From an uncultured Thermoplasmata archaeon (lineage in GTDB: Archaea > Thermoplasmatota > Thermoplasmata > Lutacidiplasmatales > UBA184), in contig CAVSTD010000011.1 of assembly GCA_963730815.1 (NCBI GenBank), positions 41,168 through 105,167 of the forward strand: a stretch of 64,000 nt of DNA, read 5' to 3'. The position numbers and the translations under genes are program-made. Positions 28,976 through 38,162 of the stretch are shown here, one piece after another. Under the pieces are notes generated by a model, which searched no databases, was not told where the DNA came from, and was given only the letters and a program-made list of their open reading frames with translations. Numbering within the stretch: position 1 is the first letter of the stretch; each line of letters begins with the position of its first letter.

Positions 28976-28999
28976 GGTCCCCGGGTGATCCCGGGGACC
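28976..28999. terminator. Perfect 10-bp inverted repeat hairpin between convergent genes
   Basis: 'GGTCCCCGGG tgat CCCGGGGACC' between the Ham1 (+) and thermosome (-) 3' ends. Confidence 0.35.
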
Positions 29000-29032
29000 G
29001 AGAGAAAGGGTTGGTTCGAGGGGAGGTCGGCT

Positions 29033-30709
29033 TCAGTCTTCGCCGAAATCGCCGCCGCCCATTCCGCCCATGCCGCCCATCCCACCCATGCCGCCGCCAC
29101 CGCCGCCCGGGCCGCCGGAGGGGGGCGGGCTCGACTTCGAAGCGATGACGTCGTCGATCCGCAGGATCATGACCGCGGCGTCAGTCGCGCTCTCGATCGC
29201 CTGGCGTCCGACACGGATCGGCTCGATGACGTGGAGCTCGCCCATGTCCACGGTCTTGCCCGTGGTGAGGTTGACTCCGGCTCGCGTCTGGCCGCCCTTG
29301 TGGGCCTTGCGCAGTTCAATCAGCATGTCGATCGGGTCGAGTCCCGCGTTCTCGGCGAGGGTCCTCGGGATCGTCTCGAGTGCGTCGGCAAAGCTCTCGA
29401 AGGCGATCTGTTCCCGTCCGCCAATCTTGGCGGCGTGGTCCCGCAGACGCATCGCTAGCTCTTCGGCGGTCGCTCCGCCGCCGAAGACGTAACGACCGTC
29501 TTCCACCGCGACCGCGACCACGTTGAGCGCGTCATCGAGAGATCGTTCGATCTCGTCGATCACGTGCTCGGTCCCGCCGCGGATGAGGATCGAGACGGCT
29601 TTTGCCTTCTTGGCGCCGGTGACGAACGTCAGGGAATCCTCCCCGATCTTCCGCTCCTCGACCATGCCCGCGTGCCCGACGTCCTCGGGGGTGAGCTCGC
29701 TGACCTTGGAGACGATGTTCGCCCCGGTCGCCTTCGCGAGCTTCTCCATGTCGGATTTCTTCACGCGCCGAACGGCGTAGATCCCTTCCTTCGCGAGGAA
29801 GTGCTGAGCCAGGTCGTCGATCCCCTTCTGGCAGAGCACCACGTTCGCGCCGGACTTCTTGACCTGCTCGACCATCCGTCGGAGCATGTTCTCCTCCTCC
29901 TGGAGGAACGCGTTCAACTGAGAGGGGTCGTTGATCTCGATCTTAGCGTCGATCTCGGTCTTCTTGATCTCGAGCGCTGCGTCGAGGAGCGCAATCTTGG
30001 GATTCTCGACTCGGGTCGGCATCCCCGAGTGGACCTTCTCCTTGTCGACGATGACCCCCTCGATGAGCTGAGTGTCGGACATGGACCCGCCCTGCTTCTT
30101 GATGAGTTGGATGTTGTCGAGGTCGACGTCGAAACCACCCCCCGTCTTCGGCTGAGCGACGGCCGTCACGGCCTTCACGGCGATCTCGCCCATGTGGTCG
30201 CGGTCGAAGGAAACCGACTTCGAGGCCATGGAAGTCACCGCGATTCGGGTGAGCAGCTCGTGGTCGTTGATCGTGACCGGCTGGCTGACTTCTTGGAGGA
30301 CTTCGAGCGCCTTCTGAGAAGCCAGACGGAATCCCTGCGAGATGATCGTCGGGTGGATGTTCTGGTCGATGAGGCCCTCGGCTCGCTTCAGGAGCTCGCC
30401 CGCGAGGACCACCGCGGTGGTCGTTCCGTCCCCGGCTTCCTGGTCCTGGGTCTTCGCGACCTCGACCAGCATCTTCGCCGCGGGATGGTCGACGTCCATC
30501 TCCTTGAGAATAGTGACCCCGTCATTGGTGACGACGACGTCGCCCATGGAGTCGACCAGCATCTTGTCGAGACCGCGCGGGCCGAGCGTCGACCGCACGG
30601 CGTCCGCGATCGCCTTCGCGGCGGCGATGTTGTTGCCGAGGGCACTCTTGCCCTTCTCGCGCTTCGTTCCTTCTCGTAGCACCAGGATTGGTGTCTGTCC
30701 CGTCAGCAT
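29033..30709 (-). CDS. ths: Thermosome subunit (group II chaperonin)
   Basis: '[66 protein letters not shown]' and C-terminal '[18 protein letters not shown]' GGM tail. Confidence 0.9.
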   Translation of the reverse strand: MLTGQTPILVLREGTKREKGKSALGNNIAAAKAIADAVRSTLGPRGLDKMLVDSMGDVVVTNDGVTILKEMDVDHPAAKMLVEVAKTQDQEAGDGTTTAVVLAGELLKRAEGLIDQNIHPTIISQGFRLASQKALEVLQEVSQPVTINDHELLTRIAVTSMASKSVSFDRDHMGEIAVKAVTAVAQPKTGGGFDVDLDNIQLIKKQGGSMSDTQLIEGVIVDKEKVHSGMPTRVENPKIALLDAALEIKKTEIDAKIEINDPSQLNAFLQEEENMLRRMVEQVKKSGANVVLCQKGIDDLAQHFLAKEGIYAVRRVKKSDMEKLAKATGANIVSKVSELTPEDVGHAGMVEERKIGEDSLTFVTGAKKAKAVSILIRGGTEHVIDEIERSLDDALNVVAVAVEDGRYVFGGGATAEELAMRLRDHAAKIGGREQIAFESFADALETIPRTLAENAGLDPIDMLIELRKAHKGGQTRAGVNLTTGKTVDMGELHVIEPIRVGRQAIESATDAAVMILRIDDVIASKSSPPPSGGPGGGGGGMGGMGGMGGMGGGDFGED

Positions 30710-30761
30710 CGTTCTTCCCTCCGAGATTACTCTCGGCTGTCGAGTTTGGTAGAAAAGCGGT

Positions 30762-30773
30762 TCTATTTAAAAC
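30762..30773. promoter_or_regulatory. Strong archaeal TATA box in the thermosome/MFS divergent promoter
   Basis: 'TATTTAAAA' at 30764-30772, ~27 nt from the MFS GTG/ATG (leaderless) and ~55 nt from the thermosome ATG, which carries a GGAGGGA Shine-Dalgarno. Confidence 0.5.
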
Positions 30774-30791
30774 AATCCACTCGCTCCGATA

Positions 30792-32189
30792 GTGCGGATG
30801 GGCGCGGCCGTCTCGTCCGCCGCGTACTTATGCCCGGTGTTCTCCCCTCGGTGGCTTCCGAACATGGATCCACCGGTCCCCTCTCGCAGCGTCTATCGAC
30901 GCCTGCTGACCAACCCGGCGTACGCCCGAGTTTTCTTCGCGGGACTCGGGTCGACCGCCGGTTCCGCGATCGCGTCGGTCTGCCTCGTCTGGATTGTGTT
31001 CGTCGATACGGGGTCGCCGCTCGATGTAGGTCTCCTCGGGACGGCCGGACTCGTCGCCGGAATTCTCTTCGCCGTTTTCGGGGGCACGCTTGTCGACCGA
31101 TACGACCGTCGGCGTCTCATGATCAGCGCGGACGTGGCGCGAGCGCTCGCGATGAGCGGAGTCGTGATCGTCCTTGCGTGGCACGGATTCGAGCTGGTGA
31201 CGATCCTCGCAGCGTACTTTGTCGTCGGGGCGTTCAGCACGATCTTCAACCCGGCCGAACAAGCGATTATCCCGGCGTTGGTCGACCACCCGCTCGTCGC
31301 GGACGCGAACGGCCTGGTCCGCTCGAGTCGTTCGGCCCTTTCGTTCGTGGGAGTTTCGATAGGGGGCGTCCTGATTGTGAGTCTCGGAGCAGAGTGGGGG
31401 CTCGTAGCGAACGCGGCCACGTTCGCCCTCTCGGCTCTCCTCCTTTTCGGCATGACCATTCGCCCCGCGGCCGAGGCGGAGAAGCGTCCTAAATCGAGCT
31501 ACCTCGCCGACGTGCGCGAAGGATTTCGCTGGCTGGGGAAGGCGACGGGGTTTCTCGAACTGACCATCTCGGCGACGTTCTTCAACTTCTGCTATAACTT
31601 GGTGGCGACGTTCATTGTAGTATTCGTTACGATACTGCTCCATGGGTCGGCGCTCACGTTCGCCCTGCTCCTCGCCTTGGAAGTGGCGGGAACCGGGATC
31701 GGTTCCCTGCTCGTAAGTCGGTTGCGGGCGGTCCGGCACGCGGGGCGGGCGTGGACCATCGGGGCCGGTGCCGCCTCGGGGGTAATGGCCCTCCTCCTCG
31801 CACTGTTTCCCTCGGTCCCCGCGGCGGCCATCGGCCTCTTCGCGATCGGACTCTTTTCGGGGTTCGCGGGGACCGCGTGGTTGACCGCGGCCCAGCTTCT
31901 TGTGCCGACCGAGATGCAGGGCCGTTACTTCGGGATCGACGCCCTCGGGAGCATCGCCATCATTCCGGCAGCGCAGATCGGCGGGGCGCTCCTGATCGAG
32001 GGCTACGGGGTCCAGGCGACTTACGTCGGAACGGCAGTTCTCTGGGTCGCGGCCGGATTAATCTTTCTCATTCCGAAGGCACTCGCCACCCTCGGTTACC
32101 CCCCGCGCACGGTCCCGGCGGTCACTCTCCGTAGCGACGGCGCCGTAGCTGGTACGAGCGGATCGCCCGAAGGAAGTCGACCTTCGTGA
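30792..32189 (+). CDS. MFS transporter
   Basis: About 12 TM helices; 'LVDRYDRRRLMISADVARALAMSGVVIVLA' MFS loop-2/3 motif; start ambiguous (GTG 30792, ATG 30798 or ATG 30864); 3' end overlaps uppS by 68 nt. Confidence 0.7.
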   Translation: MRMGAAVSSAAYLCPVFSPRWLPNMDPPVPSRSVYRRLLTNPAYARVFFAGLGSTAGSAIASVCLVWIVFVDTGSPLDVGLLGTAGLVAGILFAVFGGTLVDRYDRRRLMISADVARALAMSGVVIVLAWHGFELVTILAAYFVVGAFSTIFNPAEQAIIPALVDHPLVADANGLVRSSRSALSFVGVSIGGVLIVSLGAEWGLVANAATFALSALLLFGMTIRPAAEAEKRPKSSYLADVREGFRWLGKATGFLELTISATFFNFCYNLVATFIVVFVTILLHGSALTFALLLALEVAGTGIGSLLVSRLRAVRHAGRAWTIGAGAASGVMALLLALFPSVPAAAIGLFAIGLFSGFAGTAWLTAAQLLVPTEMQGRYFGIDALGSIAIIPAAQIGGALLIEGYGVQATYVGTAVLWVAAGLIFLIPKALATLGYPPRTVPAVTLRSDGAVAGTSGSPEGSRPS

Positions 32190-32937
32190 GGCCGGGCCAG
32201 AGAACGTCCGAAAAGTAGAGCTCGCTGTAGGCGGCCTGCCAGAGCAGGAAGTTCGAGATCCGTTCCTCTCCGCTCGTACGGAAGATGAGGTCGGGGTCCG
32301 GAAGGTCGGCGGTGTAGAGACGGCGAGATACCGCCTCCGAATCGATCTGCTCAGGGGTGATTCGTCCGTCCCGGACTTCCCGGGCGAGGATCCGTATCGC
32401 TTCGACGATCTCGTCGCGGCCGCCGTAGGCGAGGGCCACATTGAACCGGTAGCGCGAGTACTTGGCCGTAGCCTTCTCCGCCACGTCGATGGCGTCCTGG
32501 ACCCGCTGCGGGAGGAGCAGCCGGTTCCCGATCACGCGGACCCGGATCTCATGGCGATGGACCCGCTCGTCGACCGCGATGTCGCGCAGCGCTTTCTCGT
32601 AGAGGTCCATCAGCGCCTCGAGCTCCTCCGGAGAGCGGGAGAAGTTCTCGGTGGAGAGGGCGTAGATCGTCAGAATGTTGACGCCGACCTCGAGGCACCA
32701 GTCGAGCAAGAGTTCCGCCGTGTCGCGGCCCTTCGCGTGCCCTTTCGATACGTCGAGCCCCTGGGCGGCGGCGAATCGACGGTTGCCATCCATGATGATC
32801 GCGAGGTGATTCGGTACCGGCTCCGAACGGACCAGTTCGAGCAGCCGCTTCTCGGTGAGGTCACGGATCGCGTCGCCGACCGCGTGCGAGAGGTAGGGAG
32901 ACGAACGGCCTCCTTTGGGGGGTTTGGCGTCGGCCAC
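32122..32937 (-). CDS. uppS: Undecaprenyl/ditrans,polycis-polyprenyl diphosphate synthase (cis-prenyltransferase)
   Basis: 'HLAIIMDGNRRFAAAQG' and 'LTIYALSTENFSRSPEELEALMDL...RVRVIGN...LALAYGGRDEIVEA' UPPS family motifs. Confidence 0.8.
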   Translation of the reverse strand: MADAKPPKGGRSSPYLSHAVGDAIRDLTEKRLLELVRSEPVPNHLAIIMDGNRRFAAAQGLDVSKGHAKGRDTAELLLDWCLEVGVNILTIYALSTENFSRSPEELEALMDLYEKALRDIAVDERVHRHEIRVRVIGNRLLLPQRVQDAIDVAEKATAKYSRYRFNVALAYGGRDEIVEAIRILAREVRDGRITPEQIDSEAVSRRLYTADLPDPDLIFRTSGEERISNFLLWQAAYSELYFSDVLWPGLTKVDFLRAIRSYQLRRRRYGE

Positions 32938-33378
32938 GGAAGCATGAGACCGTGACCGAGGATAAGCGGTGGGGGGTGTGGGACGAAAGGCCCCGGGCCC
33001 GTGGTCGGCCCGGGGCGGGGAGCGCCCTGGTCGGGAGTTCCGGTCCGGGGGCGTTGGACCCCCAGCTCCTTCGAACCCGAGTCGCAGGCTCGACAGACCT
33101 ACATCCTAGACCACTAGACTACCAGGGCAACCCCGAGGCGCTAACCGCTCCCCGCTATGAATGTTGCTCCGAGGGCCGCTCGGCCGGGTAGGGAGGGACC
33201 GCACGCGCCGGGGGGGGAATTCTTCGCTCGGTAGGAAGCACGCGCAGGCCCGTGCGGGCGTGCGCGCGCGCGTTCGGCCGGGAAGAGTCTCGGGCTCCGG
33301 TCGACCTCCTCTGCGAGTCGAGGTCCCGGTTTATGTAGCGCGAGCGAGATTTTTCTCCTCTACCGACGAGGGACAACC

Positions 33379-33531
33379 ATGACCGCAGTAACCAGCTGGA
33401 CTCTCTCCGTTCTGGGCGTATTGGCCCTGGTCCTATTCCTGAATCAACTCGGGGTCGCCGTGACCGCGGACATCGGCACGGTGCTCCGAGGGACCGAACA
33501 CTTTCTCGCGCAGCCGCTGCTATTCGGTTAG
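33379..33531 (+). CDS. Candidate 50-aa hydrophobic micro-protein (unannotated in the ORF track)
   Basis: ATG...TAG ORF 'MTAVTSWTLSVLGVLALVLFLNQLGVAVTADIGTVLRGTEHFLAQPLLFG' with one clear TM helix; a TATA-like 'TTTATGTA' lies ~45 nt upstream; overlaps the last 4 codons of the convergent MtnA-like gene. Confidence 0.25.
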   Translation: MTAVTSWTLSVLGVLALVLFLNQLGVAVTADIGTVLRGTEHFLAQPLLFG

Positions 33532-34545
33532 GCGACGGCGGGCGGCTGCGGCGGAGCGGACGGCTCGTTGTCCGAGCATCGCCGCAAGATCCTTCGGTCG
33601 GACCACACCACCGGGCGTGACGAACGCGGTCACATACCTCGCCGGGGTTACGTCGAAGGCCGGGTTCCGCGCCCGGCTCGACTTCGGAGCAAGCCGACGG
33701 CCGCTGAGCTCGAGGACTTCCGCCTCCGATCGCTCCTCAACCGGGATCGATCGGCCGTCCCGACACAGCACGTCGAAGGTGCTCCACGGGGCGGCGACGT
33801 AGAAGGGGATGCGGTTTTCGCGGGCCACCACGGCCTTTTCGTACGTTCCGACCTTGTTCGCAAAGTCGCCGTTGCGGGCGATCCGGTCCGCGCCCACGAT
33901 TACCGCATCGACCTGGCCGGTCCGCATGAACGGACCCGCGGCATTGTCCACGATCACGGCATGCGGGATCTTCTCGCGAACCAGCTCCCACGCCGTGAGG
34001 CGGGACCCCTGGAGCAGCGGGCGGGTTTCGTCGACCCACACGAACAAGTCCGCACCCCGAGCGCGAGCGACCCGGATCGGGGCGAGCGCGGTCCCCCACT
34101 CGACCGTTGCGAGCGCACCTGCGTTGCAATGCGTGAGGACGCGGTGGGCCTTCGCGAAGAGCGGCGCGCCGGCGATGCCGATTTGATGGCATTCCTCGAC
34201 GATCGCCCTTCGGTACCGGTGAGCCGCTGCGAGCGGGTCACGCCCGGCGGCCCACGCTGCGCGAACGGTCTCGATCCCGACGAACAGGTCGTGGGCCGTC
34301 GGTCGGGTGGCTCGCAGCAATTTCGCGGCCCGTTCGGGAGTGTACTTCCCCTCATTGCGGGCGAGGACCATTCCGTAGGCCGCCGCGGCCCCGATCGCGG
34401 GGGCTCCCCGAACGACCATCGTCCGAATCGCACCGGCCACCTCCCGAACGTGTCGGAGGTGGCGGGTCACCTGCCGGTTCGGGAGCAGGCGCTGGTCGAT
34501 GAGATGAAGGGTCCCGTGGGAGAACCAGAGCGCTCGGACTGCCAT
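33520..34545 (-). CDS. eIF-2B alpha/beta/delta-like isomerase (methylthioribose-1-phosphate isomerase MtnA or ribose-1,5-bisphosphate isomerase)
   Basis: 'MAVRALWFSHGTLHLIDQRLLPNRQ...IRTMVVRGAPAIGAAAAYGM' and 'GADRIARNGDFANKVGTYEKAVVA' family motifs. Confidence 0.75.
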   Translation of the reverse strand: MAVRALWFSHGTLHLIDQRLLPNRQVTRHLRHVREVAGAIRTMVVRGAPAIGAAAAYGMVLARNEGKYTPERAAKLLRATRPTAHDLFVGIETVRAAWAAGRDPLAAAHRYRRAIVEECHQIGIAGAPLFAKAHRVLTHCNAGALATVEWGTALAPIRVARARGADLFVWVDETRPLLQGSRLTAWELVREKIPHAVIVDNAAGPFMRTGQVDAVIVGADRIARNGDFANKVGTYEKAVVARENRIPFYVAAPWSTFDVLCRDGRSIPVEERSEAEVLELSGRRLAPKSSRARNPAFDVTPARYVTAFVTPGGVVRPKDLAAMLGQRAVRSAAAARRRLTE

Positions 34546-34554
34546 CGGCTCTCC

Positions 34555-35577
34555 CTAGGCGTCGAAGGTATGCAGCAAGTCCAGCCAGTCCGAGGTTACG
34601 GTCTTCGGTGTCCCGACCGCTTCCTCGAGCGGAATCCCGGTCACGGACGACCCTCGAAGCACGGCGACCTCTCCGAATCGGCCCGCGATCGCGAGGTCGA
34701 CCGCGTAGGCTCCGAGACGGGTGGCGAGGATTCTATCGAATAGCACCGCTGGCCCCCCTCGCTGAATGTGGCCGATTTGAGCGCTTCGCGATTCGACCCC
34801 GGTTCCTTCCTGGATGCGTCGAGCGAGCTCGACCCCGACCTCGCGCTCCCGAAGGAGCTCGTGGCCGAACTCATCCTTGGCCCCGGCCGCACCGCGGCGG
34901 GGCCCGAGGTCGATCCCCTCGCTCGCCACGACGAGAGCGTACCCCCGCGCGGCGACCGCGGCGCGCACATGTTTCAGCAGGGCCGCTTCGTCGTAGGGTT
35001 CTTCCGGTACCAGCGTCACATCGGCCCCTCCCGCGAGGCCGGTCGCGAGCGCCACCCACCCCGCGTGACGACCCATGACCTCGAGGACGATGGCGCGATG
35101 GTGGCTCCCGGCGGTGTCGCGAAGACGTTCGAGGGCGTCCACGGCGACCGCCGAGGCCGAATAGAAGCCGAACGTCCAATCGGTGCCCGCGACGTCGTTG
35201 TCCATCGTTTTCGGGACCCCGACGACGTGCCCGCCCCGACGATGCAGCTCGCGAGCCGCCGAGAGTGTATCGTCCCCCCCGATCGCGACCAGCGCGTCCA
35301 ATCGATGCCGAGCCAGGGTCGCCGCGAGCCGCGTCGCGTCCGCCTCCTCGGCGAACGGATTGGTTCGCGAGCTGCCCAGGATCGTGCCGCCCTTCCCGAG
35401 GATGTCCGCGACATCGGCGAGGGTGAGCGCTCGGCTCTGGTCGTCCCGAACGCCCTTCCACCCGTCCAAGAACCCGACCGTCTCGTGGCCGAACTTGGCG
35501 GCGCGACGGACGACGGCCCGGATCGCGGGGTTTAGACCGGGGCAATCCCCTCCACCGGTAAGGACGCCGAACTTCAC
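34555..35577 (-). CDS. pfk: 6-phosphofructokinase (PfkA family; the GGDD motif hints at PPi dependence)
   Basis: 'VKFGVLTGGGDCPGLNPAIRAVVRRA', 'LVAIGGDDTLSAAREL', 'VVGVPKTMDNDV', 'MGRHAGWVAL'; GTG start overlaps the pepQ stop (GTGA). The 595-aa ORF was trimmed because its N-terminal 255 aa are RPGA-rich and overlap pepQ. Confidence 0.75.
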   Translation of the reverse strand: MKFGVLTGGGDCPGLNPAIRAVVRRAAKFGHETVGFLDGWKGVRDDQSRALTLADVADILGKGGTILGSSRTNPFAEEADATRLAATLARHRLDALVAIGGDDTLSAARELHRRGGHVVGVPKTMDNDVAGTDWTFGFYSASAVAVDALERLRDTAGSHHRAIVLEVMGRHAGWVALATGLAGGADVTLVPEEPYDEAALLKHVRAAVAARGYALVVASEGIDLGPRRGAAGAKDEFGHELLREREVGVELARRIQEGTGVESRSAQIGHIQRGGPAVLFDRILATRLGAYAVDLAIAGRFGEVAVLRGSSVTGIPLEEAVGTPKTVTSDWLDLLHTFDA

Positions 35578-36680
35578 GCCGAGACCTCGAGATACGAGCG
35601 GGGCGTGGTCGAAAGGAACTCGAAGCCCGTTTTCGTCACCACGACGTCGTCCTCGATCCGGACCCCGCCCTTCCCCGGGAGGTAAATGCCCGGCTCGACC
35701 GTGAACGCCATTCCTTCCTGGATCGGGTCCGCCACCTTGGGGCCGTACCCCCAACCGTCGTGCACTGCGAGTCCGATCGAGTGGCCGACCCCGTGGGTCA
35801 AGCGTCCCTTCCAAGCGGAGGCGTTGATGACGGCCTCCGCGGCCAGGTGGATCTCTCGGGCCGGAACCCCGGGCCGAATCTTCGCGAGCGCGGCGCTCTG
35901 GGCCGCCTCGACCGTCTCGTGGACGGCCTTCATCTCCGGGTCGAGAGGGCCGAAGTGGAACGACCGGGTGATATCGCTCGCATAGCGTCGGTGGAGCGCG
36001 CCGTAGTCGCATACGATCGACTGTCCCGGCTTGAGCCGGGTCTCCGCCGGCTCGTAGTGCGGTTCTGCGCCGTGGGGGCCGAACGCGACGATCGTAGCGA
36101 AGGACCGTCCGCTGGCCCCGTGGAGATTCATCCGATGCTCCATTTCCGCGGCGAGCTCGAGCTCCGTGATTCCGGTCTTGAGGAGCGACGGGATCTCGCG
36201 TCCCACGTCCGAGCCGATTCGGGCGGCGGTCCGCAGCCGCTCGATCTCGGCCGGCTCCTTCAGCAAGCGGGTATTGCGGATCGCGGACGACGCATCCACC
36301 CATCGGGTTCCGGGTACCGCCTTGTCGAGGCGCACGAACCATTCGTGGGTGAGCTCCGTGAAGTTCAGTCCCACCGTCTGGGCGCCTTGGAGCGTCTTTT
36401 TGATCAGCGGGTCGGACTCGTCCCGGTCGACGACGTGAACGTGGACGTGCGGGTCGTTCTTCGCCGCGTGTAACGCGGTTTCCGCCTCGAGGGGAGAGCT
36501 CAGGACGTCGAGCTGCCCGTCCGGATGGGCGATGGCCACCGACTTTTCGAAGAGCCCCGCCGGCACGTCGAACAGATAGAAGAACGATAGGTCGAGGTGC
36601 GGCTCGGTGGCGTTCGCGAGGAGGAGCGCGTCGGGCGCCGGGTCGAGCCGACGGAACACGTTCTGAACGCGGGTCTTCAT
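35574..36680 (-). CDS. M24B family Xaa-Pro aminopeptidase/dipeptidase
   Basis: 'DYGALHRRYASDITRSF' and 'HGVGHSIGLAVHDG', 'GMAFTVEPGIYLPGKGGVRIEDDVVVT' metal-ligand motifs of the pita-bread fold. Confidence 0.75.
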   Translation of the reverse strand: MKTRVQNVFRRLDPAPDALLLANATEPHLDLSFFYLFDVPAGLFEKSVAIAHPDGQLDVLSSPLEAETALHAAKNDPHVHVHVVDRDESDPLIKKTLQGAQTVGLNFTELTHEWFVRLDKAVPGTRWVDASSAIRNTRLLKEPAEIERLRTAARIGSDVGREIPSLLKTGITELELAAEMEHRMNLHGASGRSFATIVAFGPHGAEPHYEPAETRLKPGQSIVCDYGALHRRYASDITRSFHFGPLDPEMKAVHETVEAAQSAALAKIRPGVPAREIHLAAEAVINASAWKGRLTHGVGHSIGLAVHDGWGYGPKVADPIQEGMAFTVEPGIYLPGKGGVRIEDDVVVTKTGFEFLSTTPRSYLEVSA

Positions 36681-36695
36681 CGGCCGGCCCAGCCG

Positions 36696-38162
36696 CTAGG
36701 GGGTTTCAGCTTTTTCGCTCGCGGCGCGAAGGTCCTTCCACGAGAGCAGCGGTTCGCGGGCCGCCCGGACCTCGTCGACGCGGGTCACCGACAAGGAGCG
36801 GGGCGCCGCGTGCAGGTTTTCGGGGGTATCCGCGAGAGCGCGTTCGAACGCCGCGATGTACCCGTCGAGCTCGCGCTTGCTCTCGGTCTCGGGGAGCTCG
36901 ATCATAAGCGATTCCTCGACGAGCGAGGGGAAGTAGACGGTCGGTGCGTGAACGCCTTCGTCGAGGAGGCGCTTTGCGAGGTCGAGAGTGCGCACGCCGC
37001 GCTCCTTGAGCGGAGCTCCGGAGAGGACGAACTCGTGCTTGACGAGCGGACGGAACGGACGGGGGAGATGCTTTCCAAGCCGGGAAGCGACGTAGTTCGA
37101 ATTCAGCACCGCCCGCCGAGAGATGTGCTTCAGTCCTTCCTCCCCGTGCGAGAGAATGAAGGCGTAGGCCCGCAGGTCAAGCCCGAAGTTCCCATACGCC
37201 GTCTTGATCTTGCCGATCGATTTCGGTCGGTCGTAGTCGAGCCGGAATCTTCGTCCTTCCTTGACGATCCGGGGAACGGGCAGGTAGGGCCCGAGCTTGT
37301 CGTTCGCGGCAAGGACCCCCGCTCCGGGTCCACCTCCCCCATGAGGGGTGGCGAACGTCTTGTGCAAGTTCAGGTGGGCCACGTCGAACCCCATGCGACC
37401 CGGATGGGTGACCCCGAGAATCGCATTGAGATTCGCCCCGTCGTAGTAGAGCATCGCTCCCGAGGCGTGGACGGTCTCGGCGATCTCGAGGATCTCGCTC
37501 TCGAAGAGACCGGCGGTATTCGGGTTCGTGAGCATGAAGCAGGCGGTCTTCTTGGACACGGCTCGACCCAGTTCCTGGACGTCGACGCATCCATCCTTCG
37601 AGGGAATCTCCCGCGTGGCGAATCCCGCCATCGCCGCGGAGGCCGGGTTGGTCCCGTGGGCCGTGTCGGGCAGGAGCACTTCGGTTCGTTCGGCGAGCTC
37701 ACCGAGGTCGCGGAAGTACGCCCGTACCATCAGCATCGCCGCGTATTCCCCGTGGGCGCCCGCCGCCGGCTGCAGCGACACCTCGGGAAGTCCGGTGACG
37801 CGCGAAAGGATCCGTTCGAGGCGCCAAAAGACCTCGAGGGAACCCTGGACGGTCGCTTCGGGCTGGTACGGATGGACCTCGGCGGCGCCCTTGCGACGGG
37901 CCAGGACTTCGGAGACTTTCGGGTTGTACTTCATCGTGCACGAGCCGAGCGGGTACGGCGCCGTGTCGATCCCGAAGTTCATCTGGGAAAGTCGGGTATA
38001 GTGACGGACGACCTCGAGCTCCGAGAGCTCGGGCCACTGGACCGCGTGTTTGCGCCGGAGCTTTTCCGGGATCCCCGAGATCTGAGGCGGCGCCTCCGAG
38101 CTGCGCGGGGGCGCGAGGTCCCAGACCGAGGGTTCGTCCCAACGGGCCTGACGGAACGTCAT
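36696..38162 (-). CDS. gcvPB: Glycine dehydrogenase (decarboxylating) subunit 2
   Basis: 'MNFGIDTAPYPLGSCTMKYNPKVSE', 'AAGAHGEYAAMLM', 'TNPNTAGLFE', 'LNLHKTFATPHGGGGPGAG'. Confidence 0.85.
   Translation of the reverse strand: MTFRQARWDEPSVWDLAPPRSSEAPPQISGIPEKLRRKHAVQWPELSELEVVRHYTRLSQMNFGIDTAPYPLGSCTMKYNPKVSEVLARRKGAAEVHPYQPEATVQGSLEVFWRLERILSRVTGLPEVSLQPAAGAHGEYAAMLMVRAYFRDLGELAERTEVLLPDTAHGTNPASAAMAGFATREIPSKDGCVDVQELGRAVSKKTACFMLTNPNTAGLFESEILEIAETVHASGAMLYYDGANLNAILGVTHPGRMGFDVAHLNLHKTFATPHGGGGPGAGVLAANDKLGPYLPVPRIVKEGRRFRLDYDRPKSIGKIKTAYGNFGLDLRAYAFILSHGEEGLKHISRRAVLNSNYVASRLGKHLPRPFRPLVKHEFVLSGAPLKERGVRTLDLAKRLLDEGVHAPTVYFPSLVEESLMIELPETESKRELDGYIAAFERALADTPENLHAAPRSLSVTRVDEVRAAREPLLSWKDLRAASEKAETP

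Noticed and set aside
33060-33080. 'CCTTCGAACCC' T-loop-like motif in the long non-coding region
   Set aside because: Flanking 5-nt segments do not pair (C-C mismatch at 53-61) on either strand; no other tRNA elements.
35578-36342. N-terminal 255-aa extension of the 595-aa ORF containing PFK
   Set aside because: Arg/Gly/Pro-rich, fully overlaps the well-supported pepQ gene in another frame; PFK homology starts at 'VKFGVLTGGGD'.
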